Positions 10,261-20,228 of a stretch of DNA of 35,186 nt are shown in pieces. The notes beneath the pieces are model-generated. The model worked only from the letters and a program-made list of their open reading frames with translations. It was not told the origin of the DNA and ran no database searches. Position 1 is the stretch's first letter. The number at the start of each line of letters is the position of its first letter. The DNA is from Barthelona sp. PAP020 (lineage: Eukaryota), in assembly GCA_040182905.1 (NCBI GenBank), contig JARQWU010000093.1:1-35186 (forward strand), read 5' to 3'. A program made the position numbers and the translations under genes.

Positions 10261-11724
10261 CTACCAATCTTCATCATCTTCACTATCGGCAATAGATTTC
10301 TTCTGTTTCAACGCATTAGCACGTTTAATCATCATGGTACTCAATGCCATCATCAACCCATCCTTTTGGTCAGAATTTGAAGGTTTGATTTCAACAGGCT
10401 TTTGTTCAATTGTTCTAGCTTTTTTCATTTTCTTTTTTGCAAGTTCTAACTCCTCTTTTAAGGATAATTCCTTGTTTTGTATGTGTTCAGTCTTTTTGAA
10501 CTTCATTTTTTTGGGAGTTGAACTTGTAGTTGAATTATTTGAGGTTGATAAAGTTCCTGGCTTTGGTAAATTCATAGGAGGTGGAGGTATTCCTGGTGAC
10601 ATTGATGGTCCCGGCTCAAATTTAGCTGGGAAATTCATCATTGATGGTGTTAGTGGCAAATTGTTTGGTGGAGATGGTACAGAAAGACTATTAGATGCTT
10701 CACTATTTAAATTTGATGAAGAAGTACTTGAAAAGGACAAATCAGAATCAGTTTCAATACCACTTACATTATTTACATTTCTTTTGATCAAATTATCATT
10801 GGAGCTATCAACAAGATGGGAAGGGGAAGCCAAAACAACATTGTCACCGCGAACAGTCGAATTATTTTTAAATTTTTCATTGTTTTCAACAGGGAGATCC
10901 TCTTCCATGGGTTTTTCCGAAGGCTTTACATCTTTGGGGACTATTTGAACTGGAACTTTTTTCTTTTCTTCATGCTCAGAAAAATCAACTGATTCAAGGT
11001 TCTGAAACTTTTGAATGATGCTCATCGCTTCTAAAAGCATATCTTCATCTTGTAACAGCTCAGCACGTGTATCATCATCAATTTCCATATCTTCAGTGAC
11101 TCCAACAAGCATTTCCATAATTTCAACAGGTACATTTCTCGTAACATACCCCTTTGATGGATCATACTCGACAGATGCTTCATGATCAAATCCAATTGGT
11201 CCAGATATTGTTGGTTTAGAAGTTTTTGGCTTTACATCATTGGTTACAGTGTTATGTTCAATATTTTGAGTTGATTCTACCGTAGATATTGATAAGGAAC
11301 TGGATAGCCATTTACCAAACCTACCAAAAACACTTTCACTTTTGGGAGGTTCAATCTTTTTCATTTGATATATACAAGCTTTCTCAAATATTTGATATTC
11401 ACTTTCATCATAAAATTGTAACAATCCAATAAAGGTGTTCGTAGTAAAACAAAGAAAACCATTCCCTAAGTTTTCTAATTTGAATGAATAATCAAGTTTG
11501 AAAGAAAATACATATAATTCAGTTGAATAATCAAAAAATTCAAAATATACACAATTTAAATTATCAACAGTTAAATAAATCAAACCAATTAAATCATTAT
11601 CAATCCAATCATAAGAATCTCCCTTATTATAAAAGAAACGAACAATAGCTCCCTTATAAATATCTTTTCCTTTGGGTAAAAGCGAAGTTGTTAATGAATA
11701 AAAGTCAATAGGAAGAAGATTCAT
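10261..11724 (-). CDS. WASP: WASP-family Arp2/3 nucleation-promoting factor
   Basis: ATG at 11724. Domain order: WH1/EVH1-like N-terminus, CRIB/GBD (ISGPIGFDHEASVEYDPSKGY..RNVP), polyproline stretch, WH2-like (LKEELELAKKKMKK), central helix (LMMALSTMMIKRANAL), acidic tail ending DSEDDEDW. Confidence 0.9.
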   Translation of the reverse strand: MNLLPIDFYSLTTSLLPKGKDIYKGAIVRFFYNKGDSYDWIDNDLIGLIYLTVDNLNCVYFEFFDYSTELYVFSFKLDYSFKLENLGNGFLCFTTNTFIGLLQFYDESEYQIFEKACIYQMKKIEPPKSESVFGRFGKWLSSSLSISTVESTQNIEHNTVTNDVKPKTSKPTISGPIGFDHEASVEYDPSKGYVTRNVPVEIMEMLVGVTEDMEIDDDTRAELLQDEDMLLEAMSIIQKFQNLESVDFSEHEEKKKVPVQIVPKDVKPSEKPMEEDLPVENNEKFKNNSTVRGDNVVLASPSHLVDSSNDNLIKRNVNNVSGIETDSDLSFSSTSSSNLNSEASNSLSVPSPPNNLPLTPSMMNFPAKFEPGPSMSPGIPPPPMNLPKPGTLSTSNNSTTSSTPKKMKFKKTEHIQNKELSLKEELELAKKKMKKARTIEQKPVEIKPSNSDQKDGLMMALSTMMIKRANALKQKKSIADSEDDEDW

Positions 11725-11838
11725 TTTTCTACAATAATAAAAAAATTGTATTTTGAAGTCATCGAATATCAAATACAAATAGATTTTATCATAAACGGAT
11801 ATTGTTTCAAAATCCAAAATTCATTTTTTGAGATAAAA

Positions 11839-12585
11839 ATGAATGGAGGAAATGAAGATCCATTTGAAAACTTTTTTTTTATACTTGTAATGTTACGAAT
11901 TGGGGATGAAAATGACGAAAGAAATGCTACTTATAGTGCATATGAAGTGATCATTGATTTACATACAAAAGTTGAGGCTCTTGATCCTGTTGTTTCAACA
12001 ATTAAAATTAATTCCAAAGGAATTACCGTTAAAAGACATGGTTCAGATGATAAAATATTTCCTTTGAAAAAAATAAAATCATGGGGGTTTTCACCAACCG
12101 TTTTCATGTTTTATCACATTTTATCAAAAACAACAACTAAGAAATATGTATTTCAGACATCTTTTGGGGATCAAATGTGTCAATTTCTTGGTAATATTGT
12201 AGAAAACCTTGTTATCGAAAAAAAGTTGCAAAGATTAAGAAAAAATGAAGATCCATTGGATGTTTTACCTGTAGACATGTTACCCAGTCATGATGAAGTT
12301 AAGAATGCTCTTGAAGAAGCGCATAACACTGTTGATATATTAATTGAGCAATTGAACGTTCCTAAAAGGGGTTTAGATTCTTTTAATTCTGGAGTTTCTT
12401 TATCACCCTTCAATGCAGATAAAGTACAGATTCCACAAGAAGTTAGCAATGCTTTGAACAACAGCCCCAGTTTAATGAAAGGAAAAAGAAGAACTTCTTT
12501 GGTTGGACCAAGAAAAGCCAGAAGAACTTCATTTGGTGCAAGAGCTCGTTCTAAATCTTTGTCTTTGGATGTTATAAACGAGTAG
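11839..12585 (+). CDS. Protein with a single FERM-C/PTB-like PH-fold domain and a basic Ser-rich tail
   Basis: First ATG is 11839 (alternative 11890). KINSKGITV...FPLKKIKSWGFSPTVFMF...KYVFQTSFGDQMCQFL..IV matches the talin/myosin FERM F3-lobe pattern. The tail carries two RRTS motifs. Confidence 0.6.
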   Translation: MNGGNEDPFENFFFILVMLRIGDENDERNATYSAYEVIIDLHTKVEALDPVVSTIKINSKGITVKRHGSDDKIFPLKKIKSWGFSPTVFMFYHILSKTTTKKYVFQTSFGDQMCQFLGNIVENLVIEKKLQRLRKNEDPLDVLPVDMLPSHDEVKNALEEAHNTVDILIEQLNVPKRGLDSFNSGVSLSPFNADKVQIPQEVSNALNNSPSLMKGKRRTSLVGPRKARRTSFGARARSKSLSLDVINE

Positions 12586-12798
12586 ATATTTCGTTGTTAT
12601 TTGGTTTTGTAAATTATTTTTTCTTTTGTTTTTTTTTGTGGCTTGGGTTCTGAAATTTTGTGTACTTAACATTTTACATAAAAATTAAACATGTAATATC
12701 CAGTCAATGTGGAAAAAATTTGGTAAAAATGAACAAAATCAATTATTATTTTTAATTAGATATTTTGGAGAATGAATTTTTAATTCCAACATCTATAT

Positions 12799-14349
12799 AT
12801 GCAGTACCGTTCGCATTATGATTTTATTGAATCGAAAACCACAAATCACAAAACTGTTCCAAGATTTTGCATTGTCCATTTGAAAGAATTCATTCTGTAT
12901 GGACCAATAATTGATGATGAACCAACAAATTATGTTCAAATAGGTGTTTCTATTGATGAACACAATCGTACATGTGTGACACATCGTTTAAATTATAATA
13001 ATCTGAATCATAGGCTTCATGCTTTAAAATACAATTTAAATTATTTGTTTACATTTGATTATTTGCATTCATTATCACCTTCTGATAGAAATTTTGTCAG
13101 ATTGACTGTACAAAGACGTAGAACAATGAGAAGAAGTTACCATAAGAGGTATTGTAAGACATATATTGCTCTAGATGCTATTTTACACTGTCCATTCTAT
13201 GAAAAACAAATTCAAATCTTTTCGAAGGATGAATGCGATAAAGTAGTAGGATTGTTGACTTGTTCGATTGAAACCTTGCCATTATTTCGTAAAAGAGAGT
13301 TCTTTAACCATTTTGATCAAACTTTTAGTTCCTTTGTTTTTGAAGACCCCTTGAATATAACTGATTCATTTACCATTAGCTCTATTGTAGTTGATGATCA
13401 ATTTGTTATTGAAGAACGAAAAGCTTCTGTTCCGTTGGACAATCAACAAGGGATGTATGGTGGAACTGGGAACATTACTGCAACAGGAACTGGAAACGAT
13501 CTTAAAACTCCTTCCGTTTCTGATGAATTGAATTCTGTTGCTGAAGAAAGCGATCAAAGTGATGTCTTTGCAGCAAACACTTGTTTTCTTGATATGGTAT
13601 GTTCAAAGGAGATACATGACATTGATTTTCTCACTGATTTTCAATTTAATCCTGCTAAGCAGTTATCCTCACTGGAAAATGACATCAATTCGTTTCTTTC
13701 CACAGTATTTGGGACAGAAATGGATTCAAAACCCAAACCCACCAAAATCAAAGTCAATTGGTTTATTGAGATGGAAAAAAATTTTGAATTAAAGAATATT
13801 GACGAATTTGGGCTTCTTGTTGCTGTTGACAATAAAACAGATTCAAATGCTTTCAAAACGAAGTTGATCAAAATGTTTGAACAATTTGAAAATTTTGAAG
13901 GGTATGTGAGTATTTTTAAATGGAATTCAGACAATATCAATGATGAAAGAAACTCTCTTGACATTGTCTTATCAGCTATCTTTGACTCATTTCAAAATAA
14001 CCAGAAACAGTTTCAAAAATTGTTAATTTGGAGACTTTCGTTTAACATTGATTCAAATACAAATGAAAAGATCACAATTAACACATTTACCTTTAACATC
14101 CTTTGTTTAAGTCATGTAACTATGACATTAAATTCTAATGAGGTTGTTCATCATTTTGATAATTGCAAGATCTTTAGTATTGATTCAGAAATCATGGTAG
14201 AAACCGAGGAAGATTCAAAGAGATTTGGTAACATTGAAATTGTTCAATTAAATGGAGAAATTATGGCTTTTGAAGGTTTTCAAAATATCACCAAGCTAAT
14301 GATTACAAATCAATTGACAAAATGCAAATTATTTGTTGTAAATGAATGA
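12799..14349 (+). CDS. PACS-1/PACS-2-like protein (N-terminal cargo-binding region recognisable)
   Basis: VPRFCIVHLKEF...YLFTFDYLHSLSPSDRNFVRLTVQRRR...LDAILHCP parallels PACS-1 VPRL.SLTLKKL...[26 protein letters not shown]...MAEVMQHP. An acidic middle segment (EESDQSD) follows. Confidence 0.65.
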   Translation: MQYRSHYDFIESKTTNHKTVPRFCIVHLKEFILYGPIIDDEPTNYVQIGVSIDEHNRTCVTHRLNYNNLNHRLHALKYNLNYLFTFDYLHSLSPSDRNFVRLTVQRRRTMRRSYHKRYCKTYIALDAILHCPFYEKQIQIFSKDECDKVVGLLTCSIETLPLFRKREFFNHFDQTFSSFVFEDPLNITDSFTISSIVVDDQFVIEERKASVPLDNQQGMYGGTGNITATGTGNDLKTPSVSDELNSVAEESDQSDVFAANTCFLDMVCSKEIHDIDFLTDFQFNPAKQLSSLENDINSFLSTVFGTEMDSKPKPTKIKVNWFIEMEKNFELKNIDEFGLLVAVDNKTDSNAFKTKLIKMFEQFENFEGYVSIFKWNSDNINDERNSLDIVLSAIFDSFQNNQKQFQKLLIWRLSFNIDSNTNEKITINTFTFNILCLSHVTMTLNSNEVVHHFDNCKIFSIDSEIMVETEEDSKRFGNIEIVQLNGEIMAFEGFQNITKLMITNQLTKCKLFVVNE

Positions 14350-14522
14350 AGTTAAAAAAAGATTCTTTTTATTTATCTTATGTATTGATTGAATAACTCA
14401 ATGGCTTTTTTTTCTTTTTGAAGTTCAATAAAAATCAACACAAAAGAATCATTCAAGATTGATGTTTTTTTTTGTCAAATGATCCAACTATCTTCTGATT
14501 TTTTTTTCCCATACGTTTTTGT

Positions 14523-15845
14523 ATGTCTTCATTTAGTCGAGTTTTTGGTGCTGTTATCCCAACGATGGGTGTAATGGCTTTAGGATCTGTTTGTCAATTA
14601 TTAAAAGTTTTTAATAAAAATGATTTAAAAATTTTAAATAGATTTGTTTTCAATATCGGATTACCTGCATTATTATTAAATGTGTTTGCAAATACAGATT
14701 CAAAAAGTTTTGATGTTTCTTTTTTGTGTTATGCATTTCTCTTTAAGATATTATCCTTGCCCAGCACTTTTTTATTAACTTTTATAAGTGTTAGATTCAA
14801 AGAATCAAAATATAAAACGGATAAACCTGCATTTTTTGCTTATTGGGCAATGAATTATTCGACATTAAGTTGGCCAAATGGTTTAATTTTGGGTTTACCA
14901 ATTGGAAGACTATTGTTTGGTAATATTGATGCTGCTTTTGCTTTGTATGCTGTTGGTGATACTTTATTACAATTTCCAATAGCTATTCTACTTTTATCCA
15001 TTTCAAAAATTTTACACAGCGAGGAAAACTCTGAAGAACTTTCAATGAAAGAATTAGAGGAGTCAGAGGAGAAAAAAATTGTTGAAGCTGATATCAAAGA
15101 TCCAAGCATAAATACAATTTCAACAATATCTAACAGATCATCCTTGGATGAAAAAGAAGAATATGAAGAAGAAGAAGAAGAAGAAGAACAGACAATTAAA
15201 GTATCGGAACAGGATGACATTGTTGTGATTGTTGATTTGACAAAAGAACCTGAATCTAAAGAACAATTTAATGAAGAACAGATTTGGGATCGGGATTCCA
15301 CATTGACGTGTGTTATTGAGACGCCAATTGATGAAAAAATGATTAATTTGGCAGCAAATAAACATGAAAACCGTAGTCCTAGTATTGCTAAGTTAATATT
15401 CATAAGAGTTGCAACGAATCCAGTATTATTGAGCATTACTGCTGGTTTAATCTTTACTTTCTTGATTATATTGCCCAATGAAATAACAACTATGTTTGAA
15501 TATATCGGAAATACAGTGCTTGGTGTTCTTCTCTTTACTTTAGGAGCTTTTTGTGTAAGTTTGAAGATAGCAAAATCATGGAAACTTGCTACTTTCACTT
15601 TACTAATCAAATTAACTGTTTCTCCAATCATCATGTCTTTAGTTGTCTTAATTTGCAAAGTTGAAGATAATAAGGATATTTTAATCTTTTTATCAGTATT
15701 ACCTCAGGCTTTTGCTAGTTTTGCTCTGTTTACAGAGTTTGAAGTCGCAGAAGATATTATATCTATTTGTGTTATTGTAACCACGATCGGAATGATAATC
15801 ACTATGCCCGTTTATTCTGTCATTTTCGGTTGGAAAATTCAATAA
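14523..15845 (+). CDS. Auxin efflux carrier (AEC/PIN-like, Mem_trans) family transporter
   Basis: About 5+5 TM helices split by a long acidic loop. Motifs LNRFVFNIGLPALL, PNGLILGLPI, NPVLLSITAG, LLFTLGAF, KLTVSPII and LPQAFASF. Confidence 0.85.
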   Translation: MSSFSRVFGAVIPTMGVMALGSVCQLLKVFNKNDLKILNRFVFNIGLPALLLNVFANTDSKSFDVSFLCYAFLFKILSLPSTFLLTFISVRFKESKYKTDKPAFFAYWAMNYSTLSWPNGLILGLPIGRLLFGNIDAAFALYAVGDTLLQFPIAILLLSISKILHSEENSEELSMKELEESEEKKIVEADIKDPSINTISTISNRSSLDEKEEYEEEEEEEEQTIKVSEQDDIVVIVDLTKEPESKEQFNEEQIWDRDSTLTCVIETPIDEKMINLAANKHENRSPSIAKLIFIRVATNPVLLSITAGLIFTFLIILPNEITTMFEYIGNTVLGVLLFTLGAFCVSLKIAKSWKLATFTLLIKLTVSPIIMSLVVLICKVEDNKDILIFLSVLPQAFASFALFTEFEVAEDIISICVIVTTIGMIITMPVYSVIFGWKIQ

Positions 15846-16022
15846 CATTCCTTTTGAGTTTCTGCTTTTTGATTGCATTGACATTTTAATTCTTTTTCAA
15901 TCTTATCCACGGATTCATGACATTCATTGACCTGAAAATAAATTGAAGATCTTATTTATTTATTAGATATTTATGAGGTATGAGTTGTTCAGTGAACAAC
16001 GAAACGAGTTAGCTTAAGGTTT

Positions 16023-16090
16023 GGGGAAAACTCACGTGGATTCAGATGCCCNNNNNNNNNNGGGGAAAACTCACGTGGGTTCAGATGCCC
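16023..16090. other. Assembly gap (10 N, 16052-16061) with overlapping contig ends
   Basis: The same 29-mer ggggaaaactcacgtgg[a/g]ttcagatgccc sits on both sides of the Ns, with one mismatch. Confidence 0.9.
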
Positions 16091-17134
16091 AAGTAACTTA
16101 AAAAATTGGACCTAAAGGTGGTCAAGAAACAACAAATAAAGGAAGTGATATTTGATGACCTCTTTATATCTCCAATAAATTCCGTTCATTGAGCATGAAC
16201 TTCCACATTTCCGTTGAATATACAGTGAATAATTGGTCAAGTTGTGAAACAACTATATTTATTTACAAAGAAAAAGCAATCCGAGAAAACTCATTTCTTC
16301 AAATCTCAGCCACAGAAAATGAGTGGCTGCAATTGAATTTTGGTCATCAAGTATGAAAATTTCGGAGAAACTCTTCATTCCTATTTTTTTGTATTTTTGC
16401 AAAAAGTAAAATTTTAATGTTTAAACTTTACCTTAGAAAATCTAAGGTTTTTCAACAGATCAATCGGGCCTCGAAAGCCTTTAATCAAATAAACACTATT
16501 CTTTTTTGTTTGCTCATACACACAGTTCTTCTTAGTCTGGAAATAATTATAAAAAATTAATTCCAAGAACTCATTTTATTAATTTTAGTTAAAACCAAAG
16601 CGAAAAATCAAAGGACTGAAATGTAACTTGGACGATCAAGCAGAAAAATTTAGTGCAATTTCTTGTCCCTATTCTTTGTATTAAGTAAAAGCAAAATTTT
16701 AAAGATCTGACTTTCTTCTTTGAAAATTTGAAAAATTGAAGAGGTTAATACAGAAATATTGGTTTTGATCACTCTAAAAGAGATTTGCAGTACATTACCT
16801 TCATTATTAAATACCACAAAGAAAAAACTTTTTTACAGTTCCAACACAATACAAAACAGCAATTGCTCTTTTGCTTTTGAAAAGAATTGTCCTACAAGGT
16901 ATTTTCTGTTTTTTAGACAATGAATCCGAGTTTTGAAGTGAATGAAAGAGGAAGTTCAATGTGAAGTTAAAGCTCCCAAAATGAAACATTCCAAGCCCTC
17001 TTTAAATCAATCAGTTAGTAACAAACCTTTCTCAGAGATAATATCAAAAAAAGAATAAACTATGATTTATATGTGAAGAATAAATATCCACAAAACATGA
17101 ATGGAATAAACATGTAACCACACAAAAGACCTTT

Positions 17135-18727
17135 CTAATCATCATTGTCATCATTGTCATCACTGTCATCATCTTCCATCTCTTTATCAATATACTGACG
17201 CATATTACCACCATTCCTTTCATTAATGTCAATCAAATCCCAACATAAGTTGATTGACATATCAAAATCTCTTTGATTCATGTAAACTCCAGCACTGACA
17301 AATTCTCGGATGATGACACTGTTTACATTCATTGCAACAAGTGTTGATAAAAGATAGCCCTCATTCTTTACCAATTCAATCAACTCAGATTTGGAAAATT
17401 GCTCAAATTTCAAATCAACAGGCTCGCCACTCTTCAATTGTTGTTTTAAATTGGGACAGCTCAAAATGCTGTATTTGTTTTTTTTCCATTGTTCATCACA
17501 AGTGTACAATCTGTTGAAAAATAACAGCATATCTTCACCATATAGGTTTATTTCGGGACAATATAGAAGCATCTTGGCAACATCAAGATGACCTTTATAA
17601 CAACTAACATACAATGGAGAAAATCCACCATCAACAGACAAATTAACATCAGCTCCATAATCCAAGAGCATTTTGGCAACATCAAGATGTGCATTTTGAC
17701 AACTGATGTACAATGGAGAAGTACCATCATTAGGACATAAATTAACATCAGCTCCATGATCCAAGAGCATTCTGGCAACATCAAGATGATCTTCTTGACA
17801 ACTAATATACAATGGCGAAGCGCCACTGTCCCTACACATATTAGCATTGGCTTTATGATCTAAAAGAAGTTTAACTACGTCAAGATGACCTTTTTGACAA
17901 CTGATGTACAATGGAGAAATACCATCATTAGCACACAAATTAAAATCAGCTCCATAATCCAAGAGCATTTTGACAACATCAAGATGTCCATTTTGACAAC
18001 AGATGGACAATGGCGAAATGCCACAGTTTCGACACAAATTAACATCAGCTCCATGATCCAAGAGCATTTTGGCAACATCAAGATGACCTTTTTTACAACT
18101 AATATACAATGGAGAGCGATCATATTTATCACATTGATTGGCATCAGCTCCATGATCCAAGAGCATTTTGGCAACATCAACATGATCTTCTTGACAACTA
18201 ATAAACAATGGAGAGCGACCATATTTATCACATTGATTGGCATCAGCCTCATAATCCAAGAGCATTTTGGCAATATCAAGATGACCTTGTTGACAACTAA
18301 CAAACAATGCAGAAAATCCATTTTCATTCCTACATAAATTAGCATCAGCGCCATGATCTAAAAGGATTTTGGCAACATCAAGATGACCATTTTGACAACT
18401 GATGTACAATGGAGAAAATCCACCATCCGCAGACAAATTAACATTAGCACCAAAATCCAACAAAAACTCAACAACTTCAATTTGCCCATTTAAAGAAGCT
18501 CCCCAAAGCGATGTCCTTCCTTCCTTGCCCTGTTTGTTCACATCAACGCCAGCTTTGATACATTGCTTGACAACCTCAAGGTTACCATCACATGCTGCAA
18601 AATATATCTTCTTTGGTCGACCATTATCTTCAAATCCATCCACATCGAACCCATCTGGAACAACAACTTGATCCATGTTATACTTAATATGAGGGTCAGT
18701 TTCCTCAACTGCAGTCTTAACAACCAT
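17135..18727 (-). CDS. Ankyrin-repeat protein A (11 repeats) with conserved N-cap and novel C-terminal domain
   Basis: ATG at 18727. Consensus 33-aa repeat SPLYISCQ.GHLDVAKMLLDHGADVNLC. C-terminus CWDLIDINERNGGNMRQYID plus acidic tail. Confidence 0.95.
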   Translation of the reverse strand: MVVKTAVEETDPHIKYNMDQVVVPDGFDVDGFEDNGRPKKIYFAACDGNLEVVKQCIKAGVDVNKQGKEGRTSLWGASLNGQIEVVEFLLDFGANVNLSADGGFSPLYISCQNGHLDVAKILLDHGADANLCRNENGFSALFVSCQQGHLDIAKMLLDYEADANQCDKYGRSPLFISCQEDHVDVAKMLLDHGADANQCDKYDRSPLYISCKKGHLDVAKMLLDHGADVNLCRNCGISPLSICCQNGHLDVVKMLLDYGADFNLCANDGISPLYISCQKGHLDVVKLLLDHKANANMCRDSGASPLYISCQEDHLDVARMLLDHGADVNLCPNDGTSPLYISCQNAHLDVAKMLLDYGADVNLSVDGGFSPLYVSCYKGHLDVAKMLLYCPEINLYGEDMLLFFNRLYTCDEQWKKNKYSILSCPNLKQQLKSGEPVDLKFEQFSKSELIELVKNEGYLLSTLVAMNVNSVIIREFVSAGVYMNQRDFDMSINLCWDLIDINERNGGNMRQYIDKEMEDDDSDDNDDNDD

Positions 18728-19042
18728 TGTCGGCAAAAAAAAATAATAAAACCTCCAAATTTATCATTTCTCTTTGGATATTCAATATTTATCCCTCAAA
18801 TCAGGCATTATTTAAATTTATCTGTTGACAAAATGAAATTTGATGATTGATTGACTGGTTTGTGGAGAACTGTTCAAAATATTAATTAATTCTTTCTTGA
18901 GATTTCCTTTTTCGAATTGATGCAGCGAATTAAGCTTTTGATATTGATTTAAACTTCGTGAAAATGTCACAGAATTATGAAAGTTGGTCATGATTATTTT
19001 TGTTCGAATATTTTAAACAAAAGACATTTTTCCAATTCATTT

Positions 19043-19243
19043 TTACAGATTTGTTGATGTAATGATGGTGTTGACATATTTTTCATCACGAAATTCACAA
19101 ATTGAACTTGCAAGTGTGCGACATATACCATCAAATTTCCAGTTTTTCCTCCATTGAAAAAAACTTTCATTTCTTCAATTAGAATCTCCAATGTTGTTAG
19201 TGTGACAACCTTCAATTTAGTTAGTAAAAGCAACATCATTTAT
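19043..19243 (-). mobile_element. Possible decayed Merlin/ISXO2-like transposase fragment, C-terminal part
   Basis: A single frame reads INDVAFTN*IEGCHTNNIGDSN*RNESFFQWRKNWKFDGICRTLASSICEFRDEKY, resembling the family motif NH...F.....G.HTN.IE..W......G....L.SYL.EF. A more decayed copy lies at ~22095-22230. Confidence 0.35.
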
Positions 19244-20228
19244 TCTCAATATTTTTTGTTCTTGTTGTGTTGGACTCTAACAATAGGTGTAATCTTAAGA
19301 AATAATAAAAATGGCCAAATAATTTGCTCCAGAAGTGACATAAGCTTATTTACAGTGAAAGAAAACCCAAAGAGTCATTTTAGTGAATTTCGGAAATACT
19401 CAGGGTGTGAGATCCAGACTGAAAGCACTTTGGGTGAATCCAGGTTGTGTCTTTGGAAAGAATTCCTGACCCTGTTTCTTTGATTTTTTGCAAAAAGCAA
19501 AATTTTAAAGTTTAAACTTTACTTCAGAAAATCTAAAGTTTTCAACAGATCAATCGGGCCTCGAAACCCTTTAACCAAATAAAAACCATTCTTTTTTTGT
19601 TTATTCATACGCACAGGGCTTCTTGGCTTGGAAATAATTACAAAAAAATTATTTCAAAGAACTCACTTTAATTAATATTAGTCAAAACCAAAGCGGAGAA
19701 TTGAAGGACTGAAATGTAACTTCGATGATCAAGTAGGAAAATTTGGTGAAATTCTTCATTCCTATTTTTTTTGTATTTTTTGCAAAAGCAAAATTTTAAA
19801 GTTCTGATTTACTTTTTTGAAAATTAAAAATTGAAGAGGGAAGCATAGAAATATTGGTTTTGATTCCTCTGAAAGAGATTTGTTGCACATTACCTTCAAT
19901 ATTAAATGGCATAACGAAAATTTCATGATGAAATCTTTAACAGCTACAACACAACACAATATAGTAATTGCTCTTTTTCTTTTAAAAAGAATTGTCCAAC
20001 AAGGTATTTTCTATTTTTTAGACAAAGAATCTGAGTTTTGATGAAAGAGGAAGTGGAATGTGAAGTTAATTTTTTTCAAATGAAACATTCTAAGCCCTCT
20101 TCAATTCACTCAGTTGGTAACAAACCTTTCTCAGAGGTTATATCAAAAAAAGAATAAACAACGATTTATATGCAAAGAAAAATTATCCACATGAATGGAA
20201 TAAACATGAAATCACAAAAAAGATCTTT

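Noticed and set aside
15984..16000. Palindrome gttgttca-g-tgaacaac and hairpin gttcat-tgagc-atgaac (16184-16200)
   Set aside because: Short, single-copy and plausible by chance; no supporting context.
15932..16035. Minus-strand intron-like signals (GTGAGT ... GCTAAC ... TTTTCAG, 104 nt)
   Set aside because: Splicing yields nearby stops in every phase and no recognisable protein, and the region abuts an assembly gap. RNA-seq junction reads would be needed.
16023..16090. Apparent 29-bp direct repeat resembling a CRISPR repeat or TSD
   Set aside because: It flanks an N gap and is best explained as unmerged contig overlap with one allelic mismatch.
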